This document shows positions 1 through 12,400 of a DNA stretch of 64,000 bases, in pieces. How positions within the stretch are numbered: the stretch's first letter is position 1; each line of letters opens with the position of its first letter. The stretch comes from Pocillopora damicornis (taxonomy: Eukaryota). The notes under the pieces are model-generated. The model saw nothing but the letters and a program-made list of their open reading frames with translations, searched no databases and had not been told where the DNA came from. The translations under genes and the position numbers were made by a program. The stretch spans positions 1-64,000 of the forward strand of contig NW_020844752.1 in NCBI RefSeq assembly GCF_003704095.1, in the 5' to 3' direction.

Positions 1-61
1 ACAGCGAGTTAATCCCAACGGCAGCATCTACAAAATAAATATGTCCTATCAAAAAGCTTAC

Positions 62-601
62 CTGCTTGTTGAGATTTGTAGCGGTGTCTATTTTGAAACA
101 TTGGATTTTCAAAGCCTCACTTTCGTTCTCAGGCGTTTCTGGTAGATTAAAATATTTTGTACAGTTCGTTGCAAAGTAGGTTAGAGGATTCCATGTTCTC
201 CCAGAGTCATTTGACTTCAAAAGGTACATTGCAGCCGGTAACTCGTGAAAAAAAGTTACCATAGACTGATACGGCATGAAAGTTCTTCGAACCTCTTGCT
301 GTAGAACAACAGGAAACTCGTAGTTTTTTGACTTCCAGAATGTATTGTCTCTAAAGTCGTCGTTTACAAAGTTAGCAGGATGTTTACGTTTCTCGTCGGA
401 CGCATTGCAAATTTTAGTGCAATCCAAGCCAACGCAGTATTGCTCTGACGGGTTACCGCAAGTTGAGTTCGCCGTAACATTAAAATGCTTTGAAATGTTC
501 AAAGGAGAAGGATAGCAAGGTCCAACACTACACGAATCTTGGCCCGAAACAGGTGCAAATATCGCAAATAAACACAACGCGACAAGTAGGTTCGAAGACA
601 C
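62..601 (-). CDS. 5' coding exon of a laminin N-terminal (LamNT/domain VI; netrin/laminin/usherin-like) secreted protein; gene continues off the left edge
   Basis: Hand translation of an open minus frame (62-649): VSSNLLVALCLFAIFAPVSGQ (signal-like) then DSCSVGPCYPSPLNISKHFNVTANSTCGNPSEQYCVGLDCTKICNASDEKRKHPANFVNDDFRDNTFWKS...PAAMYLLKSNDSGRTWNPLTYFATNC...NKQ. These are typical LamNT motifs (ANSTCG, HPA, TFWxS, KSxDxGxTW). Phase-0 donor CAG|GTAAGC at 62/61. No in-frame ATG upstream of the signal-like segment. Confidence 0.8.
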
Positions 602-847
602 AATTCGAACGCGGTTGCGATACCAAGCGTCCCCAGATTTGCCACATTCTCAATATCAAAACTGTTATCTTCCTCTTTCAATATTATTATGGATGTGATT
701 CCGTTCTTATTAACTTGATTTTACAATGCTGTCGGATGACTTTTGTGCTATAGTACCCTGAACTTGATTGGGGAGTGAAATAAATAAGGCTTGGCGCACT
801 TTTCACGGTTGATTACATGCCCGATGGGGATTGGAAGAATTCAGGAA

Positions 848-889
848 AGTTATGCAAACCCACGACTGCGTTTCGGGTTTGCATAACTT
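848..889. repeat. Short inverted repeat (hairpin) within a dispersed-repeat fragment
   Basis: AGTTATGCAAACCC...GGGTTTGCATAACT arms around a ~13-nt loop. Confidence 0.5.
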
Positions 890-3800
890 TCGAGAGTTCT
901 CCCAACCTCCCGAGTGAAGTGAAATTAGTAAAGAGAGAAATTGTGAAGGGAAACAAATAAGTCTTGAAACACTTCTGAGGTGTATCGAGTAAAAAGCGTT
1001 ACCACAGTAAGGAAACTTCCCATTACTCAATTGTGTCATAAATCTACTTTCCTAAGTAAAAATAAAATAACTAATTAGAAGTATTGTATTGTAGATATAC
1101 TATATTGATTATTGAATAAAGGACAGTTGAATCAGAGGAATGAAAGGAGTCACTTGACCTATGAATACTCTACAACTTCCGAACTACATTTACTTTTTTT
1201 ATAATCTGCACTCGAAGGTTACCTTCTGTGAGCAGTTTTTCTCTGTTACAGAGCCAAAGTCATCAAGTAACAATTAAAGCTGTTCTGAGTTTTGTACCAC
1301 GGTGGAATTTGTGTTTGACAACCAGCTTCAACGAGAAATTAATCTCTAAACAGCGCTAGCAATCGCGCTCTATCCCTCACTTGGTATTTTTTATATACTT
1401 TTAAACTGTTTAAGCACTTAGGTAGAGGAAAAACTTGCTTAAGCTAACAATAACAGAAAAGGAATTTTTGCCACTAGACTTGAAAAATAAATTGAAAACG
1501 TTATTGATCAAGAACTGTAGTCTTGTTACTGTTCAAATATTGACAAAAGACGATTATTAGGGTGTTTGCCGCTGCATTGTTCATCTTTTCTCAAGTACAA
1601 CGTAGTTTAAATTAATTTTAAAGGTTGGTGAATTCACATTATTCAAAATTCATTCAAAATGCGCCAATCGCAAAAAGGATGAGGCACGCCGTTGTAGGAA
1701 ATCTCTAGTAACCAAAATATTAGTCCAATCCATCAATTAGTGCTATCGCCATTTAGTTGACTATTCCAAACCCAAGAAAAAAATCCATCGTTTTATGCAA
1801 TCCTATGTTTATCAGTTCAACTCAATCATGGCCACAATTTTTTCCGCGGTTTTCGGAGTCTGTTCCTCAAAAAGCTGAAAAATTGTTTTACAAAATGTAG
1901 GTGAGCAAACTCAAGTAGTGGCAGAAGACCAGGCTGAAATATTAGATTCAATTATTTATTTGATTCGGGCATTGCAAAGGATAACAGACGTCCTACCATC
2001 GGGCTTTATGACCTTTGATAAAGTCACTTACAGGCGCTACCTCATATATGCTAACACTGCCACGGAATCAAATGACTCGTACTTAGTCTACCTCATCGCC
2101 TAAAGAAGGTTACACTGGCATTGCAGCTGTAAAGTGGCGATCCACACAGGAAGTAACCAAGTCGAGAGACAAACGTTCATACAATTATTTCTAAAAGTTT
2201 AGTCAAGGAATCCCAGAAGAAGGGAATCCGCCTCCTAAATAATAAAAGTAAAATTCCGTCTTTTTCCCGATGCCTCGTCGGAGATGAAAACGTCTTTTGA
2301 GAAACGATTGTGCATGCGATCCACACATAACTTGGACTTTGAAAGAAAGGTTCGAGTAAGCGTGAGATGAGAACAAAAGGCCTTGAATTAGGAAAGAGGG
2401 GTGTTGACTGTGACGCTATTCAGCCAGTGTATATTTAGTCAAATTCCGAGACCGATCAGTTGAAAAAGAAAATTTTGAAGAGGCATTTTAGAGGAAAAGT
2501 TTTGTAAAGTTACAATGCAGTGCAGTTTATTGAGACCATAAAAAACGAAACCTAGCTTTGACACACACGTTTCTAGCAATTTTTAAGAAAGGCAAAACAT
2601 AAATATTGTAAATAACGTATTTGCATTATCTAGCTTCGTACTGTAAAAGAAAATCACGTTCTGTCCGCAGCCTGAAGTTCGTTTCTACGATCTCTGAGTG
2701 AACTTGTGGCTATATTGATTTCCTTGTAATCGTACCAAGAGCCCATTACCTGTCATGTCTATTACTAATAGCTCTTTAAGTTTTAAAAGTTTGCTTCCTC
2801 TACTACCCTTTTGTTTATCCTATTTCATGCAAATTATTCTTCCATTTTTTGTTCACGTTCTTTTCAATTTATTTTTAGTCAGGATCGGAACGCGTCCAGA
2901 GAGCGTGTCCAGGTCCATCTCTCTTATTCATTCATCTTCATGTCTTATGTAGAATTGTAATATCCCAGTCGATTCTTGCCTTGATGCTTAACATAATTTT
3001 ATAGTAAGTAATACAATTTAAACAAGAGGATATCAACTCTTCTCTCAAATTTTAAAGCGTATTTTTGTCGTCACGCTTTATCCTTGTAAACCAGGGTTTT
3101 TTTTATCCGACGGATTAAGAAACTTGTATAAAACATGCTTTTCAGGCGTTTTAATTAACAAGGTTACGTTATAATCTCTTTTACTATCATAGCGCATCAG
3201 CCTTTGTCATTCGAACAGAAAATACATACTAGATTATGCTTACACAGCAATGAATACTAATGGTGCTCACATATCTCACGTTTTTTATTCCCTTGTGCAT
3301 TTGTCAAAACCTGTGAAGTACGTGTCTACATGATTTACAGCGTTTTCTCCCCCACTTAGGGGTTGTGCTCAGGCGGAAACAGCTTTCAGGGACTGTAAGA
3401 AAATATTGATATTCTCTAGGGGTCTGTGATAACTAAACTACTAGGAATAGACTTAGATATTACTGTCAAACCTCTCCACAACTGCATGCCACATTAGGAA
3501 CATACAAAAGACGTAAGCAAAACAAAATGAGTAAGGTACAACGATCAATGCATTACAATTATTGCTAATCCGTTTTCTTAACTTTATTTCTTTTTCAGGT
3601 GGAACGCCCTTAAGTGAGGAATTGATAAAATTGATGTGCTTCGCTTGCACTTACTCGGTGCTTTTGCACGACTAAAGAAGACTGCAGACACGATTAACCT
3701 TTTGCACACTCGGTAGCAAAAACGTTCACATCTAAAAAGCGGTTTTTTTGCTATACATGTTCATGATAACAGACATTAATTGCACGCGGTGAATGATGGA

Positions 3801-5688
3801 AGCTATCCATGCTTTCCTGAAAGAAAAAAGATTTTCTTAAAAAATATATTTCCCGGGAATAATCAGAAAAGAAATTTCTGACCATGGAACTATACGAACA
3901 ATTCCTTTTGAGTCGTGCGGCGTCATCGTTCGTGGGTCATGCTTTTCAGGTGTCAAGATTTTTGCCGTCGAGTGTATTCAAATTCCTAAACCGTAGGCTT
4001 CTTCAAAATTCAAAAGAAGGTTGTTCAGTGAAGTTAAACTAATTCTCGTGGAAAATCAGTTCTATAGTCAGGATCAGATCAAAGGTTTACTCGTTTAATT
4101 AGAAGCAAAAATTAATAGAGATCTATTTCAAAACATACAATTTCATGAAGAAAAGTGTACTCATAACTTAATAAGCTTTTAATTTTGTTCAGGAAAAATT
4201 GAAAGTCATTATTATTAACTTCCCCTGTTTAAAAACAAATAATAATTGAAGACCTCTCTTTAGATTATTTGTTATTGTTCGACCACCAACCGTTAAAACT
4301 TGACAACTTTAATTTAGCTTTCTCCAAATGGTGATGGTTCTTATTTATTTTGCTTTAAATGCACAATATTCGTATTCAGTTTAGAAAAATAATCATTCAA
4401 TTTTGTAATTTCCGTTCGAATGACGCGAATTGAATAGGAAGTTTGATTTTTACAGAAAGTTTAAAAATGTTCGCACCATTCTTGAGTTCCTGTCAAAATA
4501 GAAATTAAGTTTGAATACATTCGCCTCCTTTTTTTGTCACTTCTGCCACCATTTTATTATTTCCTTCGTTTTTTTTACAAAGGATAGGAAAGCTACCAAA
4601 GTAATAATGCAATAGTTCGCTACCTGAGGAAAGACAGCGACGTTAATCTAGGATAGCTAAAATTTAAAATCGGTTTGATTTCACACGTAAAAACGTGAGG
4701 AAAGCAGGGCATATATATTGTATAATTTTATGAAAAATGAGCAAATAAGATGTAGACGGCAAACCTCTTTTAACGTCACAAAATTAAAGAAAACTTTGTA
4801 TTTATCTGGATGAGCATTAGTTTGTGGGTTCAGATAGTAAACTGAATAAAAGACCTGATTCCTTCTCACTCTTTGACCCCAGAGAGTTTTTCCCCTCACG
4901 TCAATATCAAGAGTGACGATAGTTGCAAAAAGGTGGCAGTTGATTTGAGCGGGTACATTAATAAACCCAAGTACATAAAATATATTCCAGGTGGCCACAT
5001 TTACTCAAACAGCGTTCGTGTACAGATCATTGCATTTAAAAACAGGAAACAATTTTTTTTCCAAATTGGTCAAAGAGAAATAAAGAAATTCTGTGGTGGA
5101 TGAGTGAATTTGTTTCGAAACACGGTTTTCGTTTTCTAGAGAAGATAGGGTATTACTCAATAATCCGTAGAATGTTTACCGACAGTGACAACATACAACT
5201 ATATGTAAACGGAATTTAGAATGGCTCGTCTTACTCCACGGAAATAATGGGTGAAACAATTTTCTAAGAGAAGTAATTAAATCCATCCTCAGTCTCGAAA
5301 TCTTCTGTTATATCTATGACTGCATCGACTTTGTGCAACACGATAAGCAAAGGAATGACTTCTTAGTAATAAAATCATAAAAATTTATTGAATATCAGTA
5401 AAAGGCGGAAAACATCCTTAATCATTTTTTGATTTCATATCTTTAAAAGGCCGGAATCGTCGGCGTCGATTACGTAAAAGTGTTTATGCTCAAACAGCCA
5501 AAACAATTATAGATTTTTAATTAGAGCTTTATTTTATTACAATTCCGGTTCGGTCAAGAAAATTACTGCTGAAGTGTTTGTGTTGACATTTCTAAGGGCA
5601 AATAAAATGCGGCCGCTTTAGAAGTTGGCATCTCTCCTTTAAAACTCAGCGATACGAGAGGAACAAACTGTCGCAAAATTATTCCAAC

Positions 5689-6734
5689 ATGAACGCTAAA
5701 TTTCTGCTGGCTTTTACACTCGTCCTTCTTGCAACTTTCGTAGCGGAGAATGAAGCCTTTACCGCTGGTGGAGGGGGAAATCTTCCTTTTTCAGGAAAGC
5801 GCGACCTAGCCAAGTCTGTAAGTTCTCTCAACTGTTTTTTTTGTTACTGTGTTTTTTTAAGCAATGCTCAATATAACGTTTTGTGATGAACAACACTTTT
5901 CATCTGCCTTCTTACTATAGTGACTCCCTAGAGTTATCGGTGTTAATATTTTCCTATTCAAAATTTAATCGCGTGTTGTTGTGTTTTTTTAAAAGTAATG
6001 CTCAATATAACGTTTTGTGATGAACAACACTTTTCATTTTCCATATAACTATAGTGACTCCCTAGAGTTATTGGTGTTAATATTCTCCTATTCAAAATTT
6101 AATCGCATGCTGAGCACCCAGGTAACGAGAGTAAAAAAGTCATTCAAATAGAGGTTTCTGTCAAAATAAAACAGCAAATTCTTTGTACTAACCAGCAAGG
6201 AAATGTACGCTAATAGTTACATGAAATAGCTTTGAGATCTTGGTAGTGAACAGGCTAATTTTTTCAATCTACCTAGTAGATCCGATGTTCGAAAATAGAC
6301 CGAGCAACTAAAGTTTCACTCTCGCACAGGATTATATATCGCGAGTAACGACACGTGGGTAACGTGAGAATGTGTAAGCTTCACAACTGAAAAGATGATT
6401 TTTGCGCCATTCTGTCCAAAAAATTACTTTCATTAAATGCTCTTCGTCCCTTCGGAGAGTTAACTTTATTTTAAAGTAGGTGGGGCCGTACAAGTAAAGG
6501 AGAGAGGAGGGCGAACTAGGTTGTGGCATTGTGATGTATCGTAGCTTTTTTGGTTAAAGGGTATGTCACATGCACCCTTAGACACCTCCTGCTCTCTTCG
6601 TCCCATCCATACCCTTAGCATTCACTCACCAGTGATTTGTCTTATGATAGCACCAACTGGCCGGGAGAGCCTTGTGTACAGCTGCTAGAGAACACTGCAA
6701 GAGGGAATTTGTATTGGAGGACATCAATGAATGA
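5689..6734 (+). CDS. Small secreted neuropeptide/hormone-like precursor, 70 aa, 2 exons (5689-5817, 6651-6734)
   Basis: Spliced product MNAKFLLAFTLVLLATFVAENEA|FTAGGGGNLPFS-GKR-DLAKSHQLAGR-ALCTAAREHC-KR-EFVLEDINE*. Has a signal peptide, a G-K-R amidation/convertase site and a second KR site. Donor TCT|GTAAGT and acceptor GATAG|CAC are both phase 0. AATAAA at 6806-6811. Confidence 0.85.
5850..6110. repeat. ~130-bp tandem duplication in the peptide-gene intron
   Basis: AATGCTCAATATAACGTTTTGTGATGAACAACACTTTTCAT...ACTATAGTGACTCCCTAGAGTTAT...CCTATTCAAAATTTAATCGC occurs twice in succession. Confidence 0.85.
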
Positions 6735-6805
6735 AGAGGTGGAGGAGATCAGGACTGAACTGAAGCTTACTATTGCCTCTTGTTGCTCTTGTAAAATCAC
6801 TAATT

Positions 6806-6811
6806 AATAAA
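6806..6811 (+). promoter_or_regulatory. Polyadenylation signal of the peptide precursor gene
   Basis: AATAAA ~70 nt after the TGA stop. Confidence 0.55.
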
Positions 6812-7000
6812 GAGTGAAATAAGAAATCTTTAGTCAGATGTCACGTTTGCTATTTACAAAAACAAATCTGTGTTTTCAAAGTGACCTCTTGAAAAAATAA
6901 TGATTAACTAAGCATGTTAAACTAAGGCCTATCAGATAGTTCTCGGCACTCAAATTTAACCTTTCTGTGTTGGATAATAATACTGGAATGTAGGCGCTGG

Positions 7001-7370
7001 CAATGCATCGATTAATCCCACGCTTCAACAAACCCTCCGGGTAACCCGCTGGGTATTTGAACTTTTAAAGATTGGTATCTTCAAATCCCCTCCCCTAGGA
7101 CAAAAATTGCGTTCAAATGCCCTACCCAATTTTCTTGTGAGGCAAAATCAGCAGCCGAGACTTTATACACATTGACTAAGCTTTAAACCCTAAACCTTGA
7201 GAACCCTTTCCTCGAGCCATTCACTCGCGATAGTGAAATATTTACCTTACACTGGAAAGACTTGACACTTCTGGTTCAAATTTCACCCCAGCCAGACAAG
7301 GTTCAACTTCCCCAACCCCCGGACACGGACGACGATCAAAATGCCCATGGGTTGCCTTGGGGAATGTGGT
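7001..7370. mobile_element. Degenerate non-autonomous TIR-type dispersed repeat
   Basis: Imperfect inverted ends (CCCTCCGGGTAACCCGCTGGGTATTT vs AAATGCCCATGGGTTGCCTTGGGG) with internal TCAAATxCC motifs; non-coding. Confidence 0.35.
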
Positions 7371-7530
7371 CGGCAAATAAGTACTAAGTTTTTGTTGACA
7401 ATAACTTCCTTACCTTTCTTAAGGTCGTCTAACTGAACTTTCCTCAGGTAGACAACCGCTGCACGTAGCTTTCAACGCAAAAAGAAGCCCATTCTTTATT
7501 CCTTTTCTAAACGCATCATTACAAATGCCT

Positions 7531-7742
7531 TTAACCCTTTAACTCCCAGGATCTGATTATGAATTCTCCCCTCTAGCTGCTACACATTTCTTAGTAAATA
7601 ACTCACAAGAATTTGGTGTTAGATCAGGACCACCAACCTCTACCTGATAAGGTTGAATATCCTCACTACATATTAGCTAGATAATGTATGGATATTATAG
7701 GGAGAAGTTACAAGTTAATCGCTTCTGGGAATTAAAGGTTAA
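7531..7742. mobile_element. TTAA-flanked MITE (piggyBac-type ends)
   Basis: Starts TTAACCCTTTAACTCCCAG and ends CTGGGAATTAAAGGTTAA; ~210 bp; non-coding. Confidence 0.7.
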
Positions 7743-7800
7743 CACGCGAAGGAAATTCCGTGCGAGAACTGATTCATCCTTAGTCGTTTCCAGTGGGCTG

Positions 7801-8003
7801 TTAACCCTTTACACATCAGTATGCATAATCTCCATACTACTCTTTATACATTTCTTAAGGCGCTGACAAGGAGATTTTGTTTACTGATCAAAAGCTTCTA
7901 CTGTTGGTAATTACTTCCTTCATTCTCATGACCCTAATGTTTGATTCTGGGGTGATATTGTTGGGAGAAATTAGATGCTGGTCACTCTTAGGGTTTAAAG
8001 GAT
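7801..8003. mobile_element. TTAA-type MITE, family also at 15070, 17993, 28621
   Basis: TTAACCCTTT...CATCAGTATGCAT...GCTGACAAGGAG...GGAGAAATTAGATGCTGGTCACTCTTAGGG, shared with the other copies in this window. Confidence 0.75.
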
Positions 8004-9430
8004 TTATATGGAAAACGGACTCTACATTTATCATCTTTTTATTACTGTGATATGCTACATGTACCGAAAATAATTTTCAACTGAACTAAACACAGATTAT
8101 ATCTACTATGATGTTATCGTATATTCCGTTCAACCCGCTTCACCGCGTGACATCTTATGTGACCAGCACACAAATGCGTCACGTAAACCAAGAAGCGAGA
8201 TCTGGTAAAGCAGAATATACTTAGCACCAAGCGAGAACAAATAATCTATCTAAGCCCGTGGGAACAAAGTAGAAGCATTATTAATCATCACTTTCGGACA
8301 AACGAATGAAAATGAACAACGATAGTCGAACAAACATTATCGCACATATTTATTGAGACCAGATTTCTGCTTCATAGAAGCAATTAGCTAAACCGTACGG
8401 AAAAGCGACCTTAAAACTACACGACGTGAAAATCTCAAAGGCTTTGTATGATTAACTCAACGCACGCATAAGATAATGATAACTAATGTCAATATGTTTA
8501 AGCCATCAGTAAAATGGTCATTTGATGAATGCCACAAAAAAAGGGACAACCTTCCCAACGTGATGTTTTTAACGCAGTCAATTCAAAGCTGAAACCAAAA
8601 AAGATCTTTAGGTTTGGAGGTCTAAATTCTTCCTATGCAGCCTTTCCTTCGCTTTGAACTGATTTCCTCTAACCTCATTGGTTAGCTGCTCTGTGTGTCA
8701 TAGCCAATCAGATTTTTTTTTTTTTTTTGCATGACATTTCTGAAAAAAATTAGCACCGATGTGTCTTCTCTTGAAATCGAGTGTCGCAGTTGCATTGTCA
8801 CCTAGCTTTTTTAGAGTCTAAAGAGAATCTAAGCGAAAATGAGACATTATGATACGATCCCTGGCTAGCGAGTACTGGGACTCACTTTGTCGTGATGTAG
8901 AGCAATTAAGAAACATGTTGAATACAAAGAACAACTACGTTTCAACATATAAATATTTACAAGCAACAATGTCATATTTAAAACTTAAAAATTTCCTATA
9001 CAACAATTCTGTCATCCTTTGTGCAATATGCCGTCTGAATTTGAACGTGTTCCGCTGGACCAAAGCAAGTCACGGCATTTGTGAAACAAAGTTTCAATAA
9101 ATATTCTAATTTTCCAAGAAACTTGTTCAGATTTGATCCGTCATCGTCTCTTGTCACTAAGGCTCTGAGGAAATCTAAAATATAACAATGAATGTTAGAC
9201 ACAACAAATAGCACTACAAATCGTATGCAAACTAAATTATCCCTGGCTATTTTCAATACAACTGAATTTGGCTGACACGTCAAAAAGGAAAAACCCCTTG
9301 AACAAGGAAGGAGCGAAAAAAACGACGAAGCTTCATTACTTAAAACCACGTGAAAGGAAACGAAGATAGGTCCAAAAACGGAAGATAAACATAAAAAAAA
9401 AAATTCTTTAGTTCATCTTACCTGTAAGCT

Positions 9431-12400
9431 TTATGTTATAGGCTCTTTGACTGCTCGTATAACTTGTATGTTTCCATTATCCATAACAGAGGCTATCTCG
9501 CTTACCGGTGAATGATAAGTTTGTCTGAAGACCTAAAAACAATGTTAAACACACGCGATAAGCAACAAAGACGTGGAAGAAAAGCCAGAGAGAGCAACGA
9601 AGAAAAATAGTAACAAACACCACGCGTCAATTAATTTAAAGAGGCCGTCAAAAAAACTGTACAGCATAACAATTCCGATCTCACATTTAATAAGCATTTT
9701 GGTTTGAGAATAAGGAACTCATTATCGTAAAATATATATTGTCTTGAGTACTACCGTATTCTTAATGAAAATCCTCACATACAAAAGAGGAAAAGAGTAA
9801 TTGCCATAGGTACATTCACTGAGAGTTTTAAGAGGGAGGAGGCTGTGGACCACATAGATCGAAGTCTTTATTGAAAGACAAATTAAAACAAAGTTGAAAC
9901 AAGGAAAATGTGAATATTCTTACCTGAGGTCCAAAGGAGGGTTTTCCCTTTTTCTCTCTGTATATCAAGTAAGCTATAAAAGTTCCCATGGCGACGGCAA
10001 AAGTGCCGAATACAACGCCAAGAGCTATGATACCACCATCACTGACACCTGTTGCTTTAGGCGGTTCGGTTACAGCAGATTCCTTTACACTGTGAAGGGT
10101 AAAAATAGAACCAAATAAGCAACATTACACTTCGAATCAAGCCAAAAATAGTTTTAGGTCTTGCAAACATATAGTGTTCTAGTAACTGGCGAGTGAAAGA
10201 AAGAAAGGCGAAAAAAAAAAAAAAACTATGGTAACTCGAATTAATACCTTGGTGAGTGGTGATCACTCGGGGTATTTAGGCTCCCTCCTGGCCACACAAT
10301 TTTTTTCCTTATACTGAGTCCATGATCCGGGGAGGGGTCGTAAGAACCAACTTTCACCCATGAATCTCCATTTAGGTTCACAACATCATAAATTGCCGGC
10401 GCATCTTGATTGGAATCGAAGAACTGTTTTCTTCCGGTTGAGCTGTCAAATCCTGTACTTGCGTCTTTCATTTTGCGTAATTCTGTCATTATCTCCTTTT
10501 GCACGTCCGCACGGGAGGAGTACTGCGAGGCGGAGAGCGTTTGGATGAATAACATTCAAGGGGGGGGGGGGGGNNNNNNNNNNNNNNNNNNNNNNNNNNN
10601 NNNNNNNNNNNNNNNNNNNNNNNNNNNNNNNNNNNNNNNNNNNNNNNNNNNNNNNNNNNNNNNNNNNNNNNNNNNNNNNNNNNNNNNNNNNNNNNNNNNN
10701 NNNNNNNNNNNNNNNNNNNNNNNNNNNNNNNNNNNNNNNNNNNNNNNNNNNNNNNNNNNNNNNNNNNNNNNNNNNNNNNNNNNNNNNNNNNNNNNNNNNN
10801 NNNNNNNNNNNNNNNNNNNNNNNNNNNNNNNNNNNNNNNNNNNNNNNNNNNNNNNNNNNNNNNNNNNNNNNNNNNNNNNNNNNNNNNNNNNNNNNNNNNN
10901 NNNNNNNNNNNNNNNNNAGAACAGCATCTTAGATTGGGGTCCTTTAGCTCAAAAATTGTAAACGTAATTTTTAGACCTTTAGTTCGTAACTGGATTTAGT
11001 TTTAAACAAACTTACCTTATTTATGGTTCCCGCTTCATGAAGTCTTGTTAAAGCATGCGCATAAGCAAGAACAGAATCATAGACCTGAGCAACATAAGCT
11101 GAAGCCTGTGGAATGAATGTTACCAGAAGTTAACACTTGGATAATATAATTAAGACGCCGATCTCTCTCTACTTCTGGTGAAAACTCTGTAAACTTGGGT
11201 TAAAATACGATTGAATTTCAAGAGCATACAGAATACAGTTTCAGCGATTTAATCTGGTTAAATCTATTAACTTAAAAAAAAAAAGAAAAAAAAACCTTAC
11301 ATCAAAAAGGAAGTCGTTGGGAAAGATGGGAGAAGTGCGGATAAGATAACGAAAATACAAACGAACCTGTAGCACTCTAGGAGAATGGATAGGACCAGGG
11401 TACATGGATGCGTCTTTTTCTTTCCAGGTCTTTAGCAGTTTTTGGTAAAGTGCTCCTTCACCGTGTTTAGGCCTGGTGCCTACCATACCCTGCATTGCTA
11501 GTTGTAAGTTGGGGGACTCCACGAATGGTGATGTGGTAGCACCGTCAGTTCCAATCCACGTCCACCCTTTACCGGTCATACTCTGGTAACGGGAAAAAAA
11601 AAAAGAAACAATGTGACAACGGAAGACAAACACAATAAGCCATGTGAAATTCTAACACAGCTCCAAGGCTAGGGGGGAATAAAACAAAATAAATTAATTA
11701 TTCATCCCTCATTGTCAATGTGATTTCTTACGTTTCATTTCCCCAAGCCACGGAGCCAAGTATTAATGATATTATATCGAAAATGGCCTCTTCAAGCCAG
11801 GAAGGGAGGAAGAGGTTCTTTAAAACAGGAATATTCTCCTCCGAGTAAAACGATAGTATCTGAGTAATAAATCTACTGAACCCCCAATATGTTGGGTAGA
11901 TAACAATGACAAATCAATTTGTTACCTGTTCTATCGCTTCTTGAAAAACTTTTTCTGCGTCATCAGTCGTGGCACTAACCAAGTTTACTGCTGTCCCAGC
12001 TTTCTTTATCTGTTCAAAGAGACATTTGTTATAAATTTTGTTTCGTTGGAAATGAGATAAGGAAATTTTGAACACGATTTCGTTACCCCTCTGAAGGGAG
12101 TACCAAGGAAAGCCGAAAAACGAAGGNNNNNNNNNNNNNNNNNNNNNNNNNNNNNNNNNNNNNNNNNNNNNNNNNNNNNNNNNNNNNNNNNNNNNNNNNN
12201 NNNNNNNNNNNNNNNNNNNNNNNNNNNNNNNNNNNNNNNNNNNNNNNNNNNNNNNNNNNNNNNNNNNNNNNNNNNNNNNNNNNAAGCAATGTGCAATAAG
12301 CTTTCAGTGGCTGCCTGTAGTAATTATACATACACTGGTGCTAAGTGTCTCACCTCTTTAAGATATTCCTTGATACTCAATTTTGTTTGCGCTTCAAACC

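Noticed and set aside
28-61. 34-nt GT-AG interval after the LamNT exon as an intron
   Set aside because: Too short for a typical spliceosomal intron; the true acceptor probably lies outside the window.
2870-3680. Plus-strand exon-like pieces with splice signals (~3420-3512, ~3599-3675)
   Set aside because: Short, stop-interrupted and with no recognisable product; at most a lncRNA or gene relic.
8996-9349. 117-aa minus ORF downstream of the receptor as possible 7TM exons
   Set aside because: No class C 7TM motifs and only patchy hydrophobicity; the preceding exon already ends in a stop.
10410-12331. Long ORFs containing X runs
   Set aside because: Artefacts of translating through N-gaps.
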